From Candidatus Moraniibacteriota bacterium (GTDB lineage Bacteria > Patescibacteriota > Minisyncoccia > Moranbacterales > UBA1568), in the NCBI GenBank assembly GCA_018061645.1, contig JAGOTT010000001.1:65090-129089 (forward strand): a stretch of DNA of 64,000 nt. Reading direction: 5' to 3'. Of this stretch, positions 8,985-18,190 are shown piece by piece. A program made the translations under genes and the position numbers. How positions within the stretch are numbered: position 1 is the first letter of the stretch; each line of letters opens with the position of its first letter. A model generated the notes under the pieces. It did not search any database. It was not told the origin of the DNA and saw only the letters and a list, made by a program, of their open reading frames with translations.

Positions 8985-10197
8985 GGCGTGGACAGCGATA
9001 CGGCGGGAGGGATTATTCTCCGGCGGGAAACGGGTATTTGGCGCGTTCCTTACATTGTTTCGCCGCGTCCATCCCGGGGATATCCTGTTTGTCACGAACG
9101 GGGTCGGGGACAGCGCCCGCTACCGCTGCGAGCATGTCGCGGAGGAGCTCCGTTTCCGCGGGTTTCGAACCGCTGTCACCGTGCAGGACAACCCGTTCCT
9201 TCCGTCGTATGCGGATCGGTTCGCGGTATTCGTCTTTCATCGCGTACTCTACACTCCGTCGGTCGCGAAACTCGTCGAGCGCATCAAGGAGCAGGGAAAG
9301 GAAATCATCTTCGAGACGGATGACCTCGTGTACGATCCCGCGTACCTCGTTCACATGGATTATTTCAAGGTCATGAATCCGCTCGAACGCAAGCTCTATG
9401 AACATGGTGTCGGCGGAGAGATTCTCGCCGACCCGTACGTGAAGGTGGCGACGACCACGACGACGTTCCTCGCCGACAAGCTTCGTGAGAGAGGGAAGCA
9501 GGTCTTTATCGTTCCGAACAAGCTTTCGGAAGCGGACGTGCGGATCGCCTCTGTCATTGCGAGCGAAGCGCGGCAATCCAGTCAGAAAAAGACTTCATGG
9601 ATTCCCGGGTCAAGCCCGAGGATGACAAATGATAAAATTACCCTCGCCTACTTCTCCGGGTCCGCGTCCCACAACAAGGACTTCGCGACCATCACCGGAC
9701 CCTTGCTTTCGATACTCGGGAAATATCCCGAGACGGAGCTTTTCATATATGGTCCGCTCGACCTCGACGCGCGGTTCGATGCATTCGGAGATCGCGTGAA
9801 AAAGGTTCCGTATACGCCGCGCGAAAAACATCTGGAGAATGTCGCTGCGACCGACGTCAATCTGGCACCGCTCGAGATTGGCAATCCCTTTTGCGAGTCG
9901 AAGTCGGAACTCAAATTCTTCGAAGCGGGGATATTCGGCGTACCGACGGTCGCCTCCGCTACCCGTACTTTCCGGGAAGCGATCGAGGACGGAGAAGACG
10001 GCTTCACGGCGGCCACGGATGCGGAATGGACAACCAAACTCGAAAAACTCATACTGGATCCCGCGTTGCGCGAAGAAATGGGAGAGAAAGCCCGTGCGAA
10101 GTCGCTTGAGAAATACGCGACGATGAACGCCAAGAACGAATCCTATTATCAGTATCTCATCGGCAAGATAGCGAAATCCATTCCTGCGTCATCCTGA
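8956..10197 (+). CDS. Glycosyltransferase (GT4-like) carrying an in-frame palindromic-repeat insertion
   Basis: start moved to ATG giving MKLFLVKIG; C-terminal GT motif FFEAGIFGVPTVAS; peptide SVIASEARQSSQKKTSWIPGSSPRMTNDK encoded by repeat 9552-9628. Confidence 0.75.
   Translation: MKLFLVKIGKAWTAIRREGLFSGGKRVFGAFLTLFRRVHPGDILFVTNGVGDSARYRCEHVAEELRFRGFRTAVTVQDNPFLPSYADRFAVFVFHRVLYTPSVAKLVERIKEQGKEIIFETDDLVYDPAYLVHMDYFKVMNPLERKLYEHGVGGEILADPYVKVATTTTTFLADKLRERGKQVFIVPNKLSEADVRIASVIASEARQSSQKKTSWIPGSSPRMTNDKITLAYFSGSASHNKDFATITGPLLSILGKYPETELFIYGPLDLDARFDAFGDRVKKVPYTPREKHLENVAATDVNLAPLEIGNPFCESKSELKFFEAGIFGVPTVASATRTFREAIEDGEDGFTAATDAEWTTKLEKLILDPALREEMGEKARAKSLEKYATMNAKNESYYQYLIGKIAKSIPASS
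9552..9628. repeat. Family-1 palindromic repeat element, in-frame inside GT gene
   Basis: tgtcattgcgagcgaagcgcggcaatccag ... ggattcccgggtcaagcccgaggatgacaa; first 33 nt identical to copy at 42815-42847. Confidence 0.8.
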
Positions 10198-10208
10198 TGC
10201 GGTGAAGG

Positions 10209-11654
10209 ATGCCGATATCGCAAGGAAAGCGGAACGGCTTCGAAATGTCTGATTCAAAACCCATGATAAAAATATTCCTTGGCTGTTTCCTCTTCGCCGT
10301 GTCGCTGTTCACTGCGCCGCCGCTTCCGGCCGCGGAGTATTCGCTGTATGTCGACGGGAGCGCGGAGGATGACGGAGACGGGAGCAAGGACGATCCTTTC
10401 CGGAAGTTGTCCGATGCCATAGAGGAAGCGGAAGGCGGGGATCGGATACATATCGAGAACGGGGAATATTCCGGCGGATTCACCGTTCCGGAGTCCGTTT
10501 CGCTTCATGGTGAGGATCGCGACAAGACGGTCATCAAGGGGACGGTCACGGCCTCGAATAAGACCTCCTTCTCCGATCTGACGGTATCCGGCGGTTCGAC
10601 GGCGATCCTCATCGTCAAGGATGCCAAAGTGCGGATCGAGCGATGCGCCATCCGGGATGCCGCGAAAATCGGCATCGAGATCGTCGCGGGTAACGGCGAA
10701 CTCGTCATCCGAAAATCGAAGCTCTACAAGAACGGAAAGGGTGTCTATATCCAGAAGGGGAACAACTTCGATATCGCCGGATCCGCGGTGTATCGGAACG
10801 ATGAGGAGGGACTCGATATCCGCAACGATGTGGACGGAGTGATCGCAGGGAACGAGATTTACGACAACGGCGAGTCCGGCATCGAGATCATCCTCGGGGA
10901 GAGCGATATGCTCATCGAGAAGAATGTCATTTCCGGAAACGCGGCGAGCGGCATCGCTTCCCAATTCTATACCGACTATAAGAAAACCGGTGACACTCGT
11001 ATCAGGGGGAACACGATCAAGAAGAACGGAAGCTATGGGATAAACTGCAAGACCCCGAGCGGAGGTAATCCGTCCGCCGCTTATTGGGGAAAATCCATGC
11101 TTATCGAGAAAAATATCTTCTCCGGAAACAAGGAAAAAGAGATCGCCGGACGATGCAACATCCCGCTCGGCGAGGATGTCGAGCAGGTGACGAAGGAGCA
11201 GATCGTCGTTGCGGATCCGGCGGCGGCAGGGAAGAGTGCCGAGGAGGAAGCCGCGAGGCTCGCCGCCGAGGAGGAGGCGAAGCGGGTGGTGGAAGCGGAT
11301 GCGAAGATACGGGAAGAGGCAGAGACGATCATCGCTGAATTCGATGCGACGAGGACTCGGGTAGGTGAAGTCTTCCGGGCCGTGGACGAACGCGCTCCTT
11401 CGAAATACTGGTATTGGCTGCTCGGTCCGGATGAGGAGAGCGTCTTATCGGCCGGAAACGAAGTCGCTACCGCGAAGTTTCAGTTCGAACGGCTTCGGGA
11501 TATCTCGGTGCAGTCGCCCGTCACCGAGACACGGCTCGAGCTCGAAGGAAAACTTCCCGACCTTGAAGCATACGTCTCGGAGCAGGAGCGGATCCTCTCC
11601 GAAAAAAACCGGGATCTTAGTTTTTGGAACCGCGTCAAGAAACTGTTTTTATAA
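10209..11654 (+). CDS. Secreted right-handed parallel beta-helix repeat protein with C-terminal coiled-coil
   Basis: 481 aa; signal-like N-terminus; repeated GNxxxxN/beta-helix motifs (IRNDVDGVIAGNEIYDNGESGIEI); Ala/Glu-rich C-terminus. Confidence 0.7.
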   Translation: MPISQGKRNGFEMSDSKPMIKIFLGCFLFAVSLFTAPPLPAAEYSLYVDGSAEDDGDGSKDDPFRKLSDAIEEAEGGDRIHIENGEYSGGFTVPESVSLHGEDRDKTVIKGTVTASNKTSFSDLTVSGGSTAILIVKDAKVRIERCAIRDAAKIGIEIVAGNGELVIRKSKLYKNGKGVYIQKGNNFDIAGSAVYRNDEEGLDIRNDVDGVIAGNEIYDNGESGIEIILGESDMLIEKNVISGNAASGIASQFYTDYKKTGDTRIRGNTIKKNGSYGINCKTPSGGNPSAAYWGKSMLIEKNIFSGNKEKEIAGRCNIPLGEDVEQVTKEQIVVADPAAAGKSAEEEAARLAAEEEAKRVVEADAKIREEAETIIAEFDATRTRVGEVFRAVDERAPSKYWYWLLGPDEESVLSAGNEVATAKFQFERLRDISVQSPVTETRLELEGKLPDLEAYVSEQERILSEKNRDLSFWNRVKKLFL

Positions 11655-11677
11655 ACAATAAGCGTGAACGAAAGGAT

Positions 11678-12634
11678 ATGAAGATTCTCATCACCGGAGG
11701 AGCGGGATTCATCGGCAGCGCGACCGCCAAGAAACTCATGGACCGCGGGGACAAGGTCGTCCTTATCGACAACTTCAACGACTACTACGACCCGAAACTG
11801 AAGCGCGACCGCATTTCGAAATTCCTCAAGGACTACAAGGGACGATTTACCCTCTACAAGGGTGATATCCGAGATGCGAAATTTCTCGACCGCGTCTTCA
11901 GGAAAGAGAAGCCTGCGAAGGTGCTCAATCTCGCCGCGATGGCCGGTGTACGGAGCTCGCTTGAGGATCCATGGCTCTATGCCGACGTGAACGTGATGGG
12001 ATTCGTCACGCTTCTCGAGACGGCGGTCACATACAAGGTGAAGAACTTCGTCTACGCCTCCTCCTCGTCCGTCTACGGCAACAACACGAAAACACCCTTC
12101 GCCGAGACCGATACCGTCGATACTCCGATTTCTCCCTATGCCGCGACCAAGCGGGCGAACGAGCTCATCGCACATACCTACAGCCACATCTACAAGCTCC
12201 CGACGACGGGTCTGCGCTACTTCACCGTCTACGGTCCGTGGGGGCGCCCGGATATGGCGCTCTACAAGTTCGTGACGAATACCATCGAGGGGAAGCCGAT
12301 CGATGTCTACAACAAGGGAAAAATGTCCCGCAATTTCACCTATATCGACGATATCGTCTCGGGAACGATCATCGCGCTTGACACGCCGCAGCCGTACTCG
12401 ATCATGAACATCGGCGGAGACAAGGAAGAGACGCTCATGCGCTTCATCGAGGTCATCGAGCAGTGCGTCGGGAAAAAGGCGAAGAAACGGATGCTTCCGA
12501 TCCAGCCCGGCGACGTCCCGTCGACCGTCGCGGACATCTCCAAACTCCGTGCGCTCGGCTGGAAGCCGACCACCCGCATCGAGGAAGGTATCAAGAACTT
12601 CGTCGACTGGTATCGGGGATACTACAAGGTGTAG
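11678..12634 (+). CDS. NAD-dependent epimerase, UDP-glucuronate 4-epimerase-like
   Basis: MKILITGGAGFIGS Rossmann N-terminus, RBS aaagga upstream; motif GLRYFTVYGPWGRPDMA characteristic of UDP-GlcA epimerases (Cap1J/WbnF-like). Confidence 0.8.
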   Translation: MKILITGGAGFIGSATAKKLMDRGDKVVLIDNFNDYYDPKLKRDRISKFLKDYKGRFTLYKGDIRDAKFLDRVFRKEKPAKVLNLAAMAGVRSSLEDPWLYADVNVMGFVTLLETAVTYKVKNFVYASSSSVYGNNTKTPFAETDTVDTPISPYAATKRANELIAHTYSHIYKLPTTGLRYFTVYGPWGRPDMALYKFVTNTIEGKPIDVYNKGKMSRNFTYIDDIVSGTIIALDTPQPYSIMNIGGDKEETLMRFIEVIEQCVGKKAKKRMLPIQPGDVPSTVADISKLRALGWKPTTRIEEGIKNFVDWYRGYYKV

Positions 12635-12679
12635 CCTCCTGCGCTATCCCAGCCGATACCTGTTCCCGCCCTTCTTCTG

Positions 12680-12706
12680 CTATTCTGAGCGTAGCGAAGA
12701 ATCCAG
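12680..12706. repeat. Family-1 repeat half-element (intergenic)
   Basis: ctattctgagcgtagcgaagaatccag. Confidence 0.6.
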
Positions 12707-12741
12707 TCTTTGAGAAACTTCCCAAAAAATGATTCTTTCGT

Positions 12742-13131
12742 ATGGAAAAAGATTTCGACGAGTGGAATTCGAAAAAGAAACAACTTGATGTTGTATCAAG
12801 GAAACTTCTTTTCAAGGAGGGTGAGATCTGGTGGTGCTCCATTGGCGTGAATGTCGGAGAGGAGGTTTATGGGAAAGGAGAATACTTCCGTCGTCCGGTC
12901 GTGATACTGCGGAAGCTCTCGGGGAATACCTGTATCGTCATGCCGACGACGACGCGGGAACGAAGTGGAAGCTGGTATCATCATCTGAATATCCGAAATA
13001 AGGACAGGTGGGTAATGATGAATCAGATTCGCCTTATTTCAGCGAACCGACTCTGGGTTCGTGAATCCACTTTGTCGAGAGAGGAATTTGAGGAATTAAA
13101 AAAGTCCGTAGCAGGACTGCTCGGACTTTGA
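12742..13131 (+). CDS. PemK/MazF-like endoribonuclease toxin (apparently solitary)
   Basis: 129 aa; GEIWWCSIGVNVGEE..RPVVIL and CIVMPTTTR / NQIRLISANRLW resemble PemK/Kid; no antitoxin ORF recognised nearby; low-GC surroundings. Confidence 0.55.
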   Translation: MEKDFDEWNSKKKQLDVVSRKLLFKEGEIWWCSIGVNVGEEVYGKGEYFRRPVVILRKLSGNTCIVMPTTTRERSGSWYHHLNIRNKDRWVMMNQIRLISANRLWVRESTLSREEFEELKKSVAGLLGL

Positions 13132-13255
13132 TAATTGGTCACCCCGCCGAGGCGGGGATCAGTGGGTAACCCCAAATGTACCATAATTATACGCCTTTTT
13201 TCGGTAAAGTCAAGTCCGTTAGTCAAATCGTCGTCTTGCGCTCGCCTCTTCAGCT

Positions 13256-13290
13256 TTTTCATTCCGAGCGAGTTCTCGAGTCGAGAAATC
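13256..13290. repeat. Family-1 repeat unit (intergenic)
   Basis: ttcattccgagcgagttctcgagtcgagaaatc, same subtype as 25921-25955. Confidence 0.6.
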
Positions 13291-13292
13291 TG

Positions 13293-13324
13293 AAAAATCC
13301 CCACACCATCCGTGGGGATTTTTG
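13293..13324. terminator. Rho-independent terminator-like hairpin (bidirectional)
   Basis: aaaaatccccac accatcc gtggggattttt: 12-bp stem, A-run before and T-run after. Confidence 0.55.
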
Positions 13325-13377
13325 TCTGCCTCGACTGATTTTGGTATTATGGAGAAGTAAATCGATAAGAAAATAAT

Positions 13378-13668
13378 ATGTTTTGGTCGAGTCCAAGCGC
13401 GGATATGGAAATCATGCTGTTCCTGCTCGTCGTATCGCTTGTGATAGCGGTTGCAGTTTATTCTTTCTCGAAGAGACTCCTCTGGTCGATATTTGCTTTT
13501 TCTGTGTTGAGTAATTTGGTATTTTATTTTGGGTTAGATTACAATTTGTCGGTTATTTATAATATTATTTGGCTATTTCATTTCACAAGAGATATTTATC
13601 CATATATAAATATCACGCTTTTGGCTCTGATTCTTATAATTCTTTTCAGAAAGAAATATGCGAAATAG
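13378..13668 (+). CDS. Small hydrophobic protein, hypothetical
   Basis: 96 aa, AT-rich region, 3 TM-like segments; weak. Confidence 0.3.
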   Translation: MFWSSPSADMEIMLFLLVVSLVIAVAVYSFSKRLLWSIFAFSVLSNLVFYFGLDYNLSVIYNIIWLFHFTRDIYPYINITLLALILIILFRKKYAK

Positions 13669-16531
13669 TATGGCTCGGCGCTGTGTGGTGCGGCTGCTTA
13701 TTGCTGTGCTGCTTTTTTTGCCGATTGTTCGAATAGGAGGTGATTTTGGTTCGGCTCATGCGGAAGAGGGGGATTGGTGGGCTGGGTACGAGGAAAACTA
13801 CGTCGTCATCCATCAAGATACTATCTGGAGCGGGAACATCACACGTGAGGATATCCCGAAGCCGGTCATGATCCTGAACGGGGCGACGCTGACCATCACC
13901 CCTGGGACGCACGTCGAAATCGATCGGATCACCGTGACCGACGGAAGGATCATCGCGAAAGGGACGGAGAGCGAAAAAATAGTTTTCACCAAGCAGGCGC
14001 CGGACTTTTCCTGGATGACGCCGGAGTACGAACAATACGATCGAGAGTGTTTCCCGTCGGCATATGCGAAGGGAATTATAGAGTTTTCCTCCTGGTCCGA
14101 TGTGGGTGACGAGGGCTTGTCGGTATTCCGCTATGTCGAGTTCGTTGGTATGGGAACGCATATCGTAAATGACGGGGAAAATTGTCCGGATTTTGCCATG
14201 CGGGACAAGGGTCTTCGCTCCTTGCTCGTGAACACCGCGCATGCTTCGGAGCCGATTATGCAGACCTCCCCCGCGATCCTATTCCATTCCGGGCAACTCC
14301 ACATCGAGAACTCCGTCTTCAGGAACGGAAACCATACCGATATCGAGACCGACATGCAGTTTGACGACAGGTGGGAGTCGTACGATTCCTTGCGCGTTGT
14401 CAACTCGAACTTCGAGGGAAATGGGCAGAACCTCGCCCTGATTTCGGCTTTCGAATACGACGGCGAACACGTGAAGGATTATTCCCATCACGTGCTTCTG
14501 AAGAACAACTGGTATGGAAGCCCGTACGGACCAAGTATCGGTTCGACGCAGGGATCGACGGACATCATCGCGATAGCAGGGGATTATCAGCTCGACGGAT
14601 GGAGGGAATCTGACCTCATCGCCGATCCGGTCGTCGTTATTCCTGGGATAACCGGATCCGCGAAGTTTCTTGACGAATGGGAACTGGATCCGATACTCCA
14701 TAAATACGACGATCTGATGTCCTCGCTCGAGAGGAATGGCTATCAGAAAGAAGTGAACCTGTTCCCGTTCCCGTATGACTGGCGCGTGACGAACAAGACC
14801 TCCGCGCTCTATCTGCAGGACAAGATCGAGGACGTGATCCAAAAGACCGGCGTGTCCAAGGTCGATGTCGTCGCACACTCCATGGGTGGGCTGGTCGCGC
14901 GGTCGTATGTTGAGGAACTCGGAGAGGCGCGGTATGCGGATACGATCGATCAGCTTATCACGCTTGGGACGCCGCACCGCGGGTCGCCGGAAGCGTATCT
15001 GAAGTGGGAGGCGGGCGAAGGATTTTTCAGAATAAGAGGCGCTCTTGCTCGCCATCATTTCGAACAGGAGGCTGAGGAGTCCGGATATGATGGTGATCTC
15101 ATGGGATATATTCGGGACAAGGTGGTTTCTGTCGGGGAGTTGCTTCCGGATGACGATTATCTTGTCGAAGTTTCGTCTGGGGAGACCAAGGGCTACCCGA
15201 CTGGGTATCCGAAGAATTCCTTTCTGGAAGACCTGAATGATCCAAACAATGTCTCAAAATTTGACGGAATACGCTTTGTGAACATAGTCGGAATTGACGA
15301 AGAAGATGACACGATATCAAGCCTTCGAGTGACCGGAAGTTCCGTTTCCGGAAAGTGGGAGCACGGGATGCCGGAGAATTTTTATGATGTCGAGACTAGT
15401 CGTGGCCTTGTTTTTGGCAAGGGGGATCAAACGGTTCCGGAGGCAAGCGCGAAAGGAATTGTAGCTGATGAAACGATCGAGGTTACAGCGACTCACAATG
15501 AACTCCCGACGAAGGCGCAGTGTGATGTATTCCGGAAGTTGACGGGTCAGCAGGAGTGTAACTATGACGAGGATATCCACATCTCGAACATTCTCCTCTT
15601 CAATGTCTTTTCCCCCGTCGATATCCAGGTGGTGTCGCCGAGCGGATTGAAGGTCGGGAAGGACTTCGACGGTGACGGGTTCCTGAATGAGCTTCCCGGC
15701 GCATACTATACCGGGTCGGATACGAAGAACGAATTCGTCACGATCCCGAATCCGGAAAACGGCGAGTATAGGATTCTCGCGCGTGGAACGGATGGCGGCG
15801 GAGTGTATCGGATTGAGACGACGAAGATTATGGAAGCAGCGGACGGTGACGCCACGGAATCAACCGCGGTAATAGAAGGTGAAGTGGTTGCTGGTGTGAT
15901 GGAGGAAGATATGACGGTCGCAGTTTCGGCAAACGCGGTCGAATTGAAGGACGAAGGTGGGGACATCATCGCGCCGACCGTCATGATCGTTACTCCGGAA
16001 TCGAAAACATACCACAATAGCGTCATGATTCCGGTCTCATATTCCGTTTCGGACGATGCCACTCCGAACGAGAAACTAGCGACAGTCGCTTCGCTCGACG
16101 GTGCGGCGTATGCGAAGTCCGATATCGATGCCGCACTTCTTCCGCTTGGCGCCCATGAGTTTTCCGTGAGTGCGACCGACGAGGTGGGAAATGTCGGCAC
16201 GGCGGAAACAACTTTCACTCTCGATACCTCTTGGGGCGCCCTGCTCAAAAATATCGACCACTACGCGGTACTCGGACTTCTCAAGAACAAAGGTGAGCGG
16301 CAGATGCTGAAGACACATATCCGGAACCTCGGTGAAACCGTTGAATTTCTGGAAAAATATGATGCGTTTTTCCGATTCCATCCGAAACTTCGCGATATCT
16401 TCGAACGTGAAATCACACACCAGCTTTCCATTCTTCAGAAATACGTGAATCAGAAATCCGGGAAATCAATCGACCCGATCGGAGCGGCTCGTCTCATCGA
16501 GAGCATGGAATTCTTGAAGAAAACACTATGA
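13658..16531 (+). CDS. Large secreted multidomain protein: beta-helix region + alpha/beta-hydrolase (PGAP1/lipase-like) + Ig-like C-terminal domains
   Basis: 957 aa; signal-like N-terminus; GxSxG nucleophile elbow VVAHSMGGLVARSYV and LITLGTPHRGSPEAY (DUF676/PGAP1-like lipase motifs). Confidence 0.7.
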   Translation: MRNSMARRCVVRLLIAVLLFLPIVRIGGDFGSAHAEEGDWWAGYEENYVVIHQDTIWSGNITREDIPKPVMILNGATLTITPGTHVEIDRITVTDGRIIAKGTESEKIVFTKQAPDFSWMTPEYEQYDRECFPSAYAKGIIEFSSWSDVGDEGLSVFRYVEFVGMGTHIVNDGENCPDFAMRDKGLRSLLVNTAHASEPIMQTSPAILFHSGQLHIENSVFRNGNHTDIETDMQFDDRWESYDSLRVVNSNFEGNGQNLALISAFEYDGEHVKDYSHHVLLKNNWYGSPYGPSIGSTQGSTDIIAIAGDYQLDGWRESDLIADPVVVIPGITGSAKFLDEWELDPILHKYDDLMSSLERNGYQKEVNLFPFPYDWRVTNKTSALYLQDKIEDVIQKTGVSKVDVVAHSMGGLVARSYVEELGEARYADTIDQLITLGTPHRGSPEAYLKWEAGEGFFRIRGALARHHFEQEAEESGYDGDLMGYIRDKVVSVGELLPDDDYLVEVSSGETKGYPTGYPKNSFLEDLNDPNNVSKFDGIRFVNIVGIDEEDDTISSLRVTGSSVSGKWEHGMPENFYDVETSRGLVFGKGDQTVPEASAKGIVADETIEVTATHNELPTKAQCDVFRKLTGQQECNYDEDIHISNILLFNVFSPVDIQVVSPSGLKVGKDFDGDGFLNELPGAYYTGSDTKNEFVTIPNPENGEYRILARGTDGGGVYRIETTKIMEAADGDATESTAVIEGEVVAGVMEEDMTVAVSANAVELKDEGGDIIAPTVMIVTPESKTYHNSVMIPVSYSVSDDATPNEKLATVASLDGAAYAKSDIDAALLPLGAHEFSVSATDEVGNVGTAETTFTLDTSWGALLKNIDHYAVLGLLKNKGERQMLKTHIRNLGETVEFLEKYDAFFRFHPKLRDIFEREITHQLSILQKYVNQKSGKSIDPIGAARLIESMEFLKKTL

Positions 16532-17529
16532 AGAAAATTCTTATCACCGGCGGGGCGGGGTATATCGGGTCGCATGCGGTCAAGCTCTTTCTCGAGAAGG
16601 GCTTTCCGGTTGTCGTGCTCGACAACTTCTCGCGCGGATACCACGAACCGATGGAGATACTCTCTACGAAGGGTAATCTGTCCGTTGAGGAATCGGATCT
16701 GCTCGACGCGGATGCCGTGAAGAACGTCTTCGCGCGGCACGATATCGGCACGGTGATCCACTTCGCGGCGCTCTGTCTCGTGAACGAATCGGTGGAAGAA
16801 CCGAACCGGTACATGAGGAACAATGTCGAAGGCACGCGGAACCTGCTCGAGGCGATGCGCGAAGCGGACGTGAAAAACATCATCTTCTCCTCGACCTGCG
16901 CGGTCTATGGTGAGACCAGGACGCTTCCGGTAGACGAGACGCACCCGACCGATCCCGTGAATCCCTACGGCGCCTCCAAGCTCGCGGCGGAAAACCTGAT
17001 CCGCGAATATGGCGAGCGATATGGCCTCCGATCCGTCATCTTCCGGTATTTCAACGTCTGCGGCGCAGCCGAGGATGGTACCATCGGTGACAGCAAGAAA
17101 CCGTCACAGCTCCTTATGCAGAACGCGGTGCGCGGTGCTATGGGTATCGAATCCTTCGCCTATACCTGTGCGACGGTCGATACGCCCGACGGTACGCCGA
17201 TCCGTGACTATATCGACGTCGAAGACCTCGTCGCGGCACATTTCGGAGGATACGGATATCTCGAGAAGGGCGGCGTGAGCGATGTTTTCAATCTCGGGAA
17301 CGGAAAGGGATTTTCGGTCAAGGAAATCGTTTCGGAAGTCGAGCGAATCTTCGGCACGACCATGGAAAAATTCCAAGCCGAGCCGCGCAAGGGGGAGTAT
17401 GCCAAGATATACGCCGACCCGTCGAAAGCGAGATCGGCACTCGGATTTTCCCCGAAAAAATCCTTGGCGGACAGTATCGAGAGTCTCCGGAAATGGTACT
17501 CCGGTCATCGTCAGGGCTACGGACGGTAG
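16528..17529 (+). CDS. galE: UDP-glucose 4-epimerase
   Basis: MKKILITGGAGYIGSH, YGASKLAAE (YxxxK), SDR extended family; 333 aa. Confidence 0.85.
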   Translation: MKKILITGGAGYIGSHAVKLFLEKGFPVVVLDNFSRGYHEPMEILSTKGNLSVEESDLLDADAVKNVFARHDIGTVIHFAALCLVNESVEEPNRYMRNNVEGTRNLLEAMREADVKNIIFSSTCAVYGETRTLPVDETHPTDPVNPYGASKLAAENLIREYGERYGLRSVIFRYFNVCGAAEDGTIGDSKKPSQLLMQNAVRGAMGIESFAYTCATVDTPDGTPIRDYIDVEDLVAAHFGGYGYLEKGGVSDVFNLGNGKGFSVKEIVSEVERIFGTTMEKFQAEPRKGEYAKIYADPSKARSALGFSPKKSLADSIESLRKWYSGHRQGYGR

Positions 17530-17542
17530 CGGATCCGCACCG

Positions 17543-17571
17543 TTGACTTGAATCGCGTTTCGTCGTATAAC
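17543..17571 (+). promoter_or_regulatory. Candidate sigma70-like promoter TTGACT-17-TATAAC
   Basis: ttgact 17543-17548, tataac 17566-17571; upstream of DUF218 gene with RBS ggaggg. Confidence 0.3.
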
Positions 17572-17602
17572 GAGACGTGTTCTTTTTTTGCAGGAGGGTG
17601 GG

Positions 17603-18169
17603 ATGCGAGCCGATGCGAAGTCTGGAACGAAAAAGAGCCGGATACTGTTCGTGCCCGGGCATCAGGAGATGGAATCGCCGGTCATGACGGAGCGATTGAA
17701 GGAGGCGGAGCGGCTCTGGTGGCAGGGAGACGGTCATTTGTACGACTACATCATCGTTTCCGGCGGTATCACGAGGCGGCGTCAGCTTGTCTCCGAGGCG
17801 GATTTCATGAAGAACTGGCTCGTGAGGCATGCGGGAATCGCTCCGGGGAACATCATTGCGGAATGCTGTTCCTGTGATTCCTTCGAGAACGTGCGGAACG
17901 TGGTGGAGGGATACCTGTGCGAACCCGCGTATCTCGCGAAGGATGTGGAGGTGGTCATCGTTTCCCAGTGGGAGCACGCGAACCGACTCCGGGTGACCTT
18001 CGAGGCGTATGGGATACGGGTCGGTATCTCGTCCGTCCCCGGATATTCCTTCTCACGGCGCCTGCTTGAATGGGGGTATCTCTATTACACTCTATACGAT
18101 CCGAAAGGAGAGAGCTGGTTTTCCAAATGGAAAGCCGACCGCGTTCGGAGAGCGATCGATGGATTCTGA
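17603..18169 (+). CDS. DUF218 (YdcF/SanA/ElyC-like) domain protein
   Basis: YIIVSGG...SEADFMKNWL...GIAPGNIIAECCSCDSFENV matches DUF218 core; start moved to second ATG after RBS. Confidence 0.65.
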   Translation: MRADAKSGTKKSRILFVPGHQEMESPVMTERLKEAERLWWQGDGHLYDYIIVSGGITRRRQLVSEADFMKNWLVRHAGIAPGNIIAECCSCDSFENVRNVVEGYLCEPAYLAKDVEVVIVSQWEHANRLRVTFEAYGIRVGISSVPGYSFSRRLLEWGYLYYTLYDPKGESWFSKWKADRVRRAIDGF

Positions 18170-18190
18170 TCACTCCTGCGGCAAACCCTG

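Noticed and set aside
7707-9095. 462-aa minus-strand ORF overlapping two GT4 genes
   Set aside because: Arg-rich, low-complexity antisense translation of GC-rich coding DNA. The plus-strand ORFs carry clear GT4 motifs.
13176-13376. 66-aa ORF downstream of mazF-like gene as candidate antitoxin
   Set aside because: It reads straight through a family-1 repeat unit and the terminator hairpin, with no RBS. Likely non-coding.
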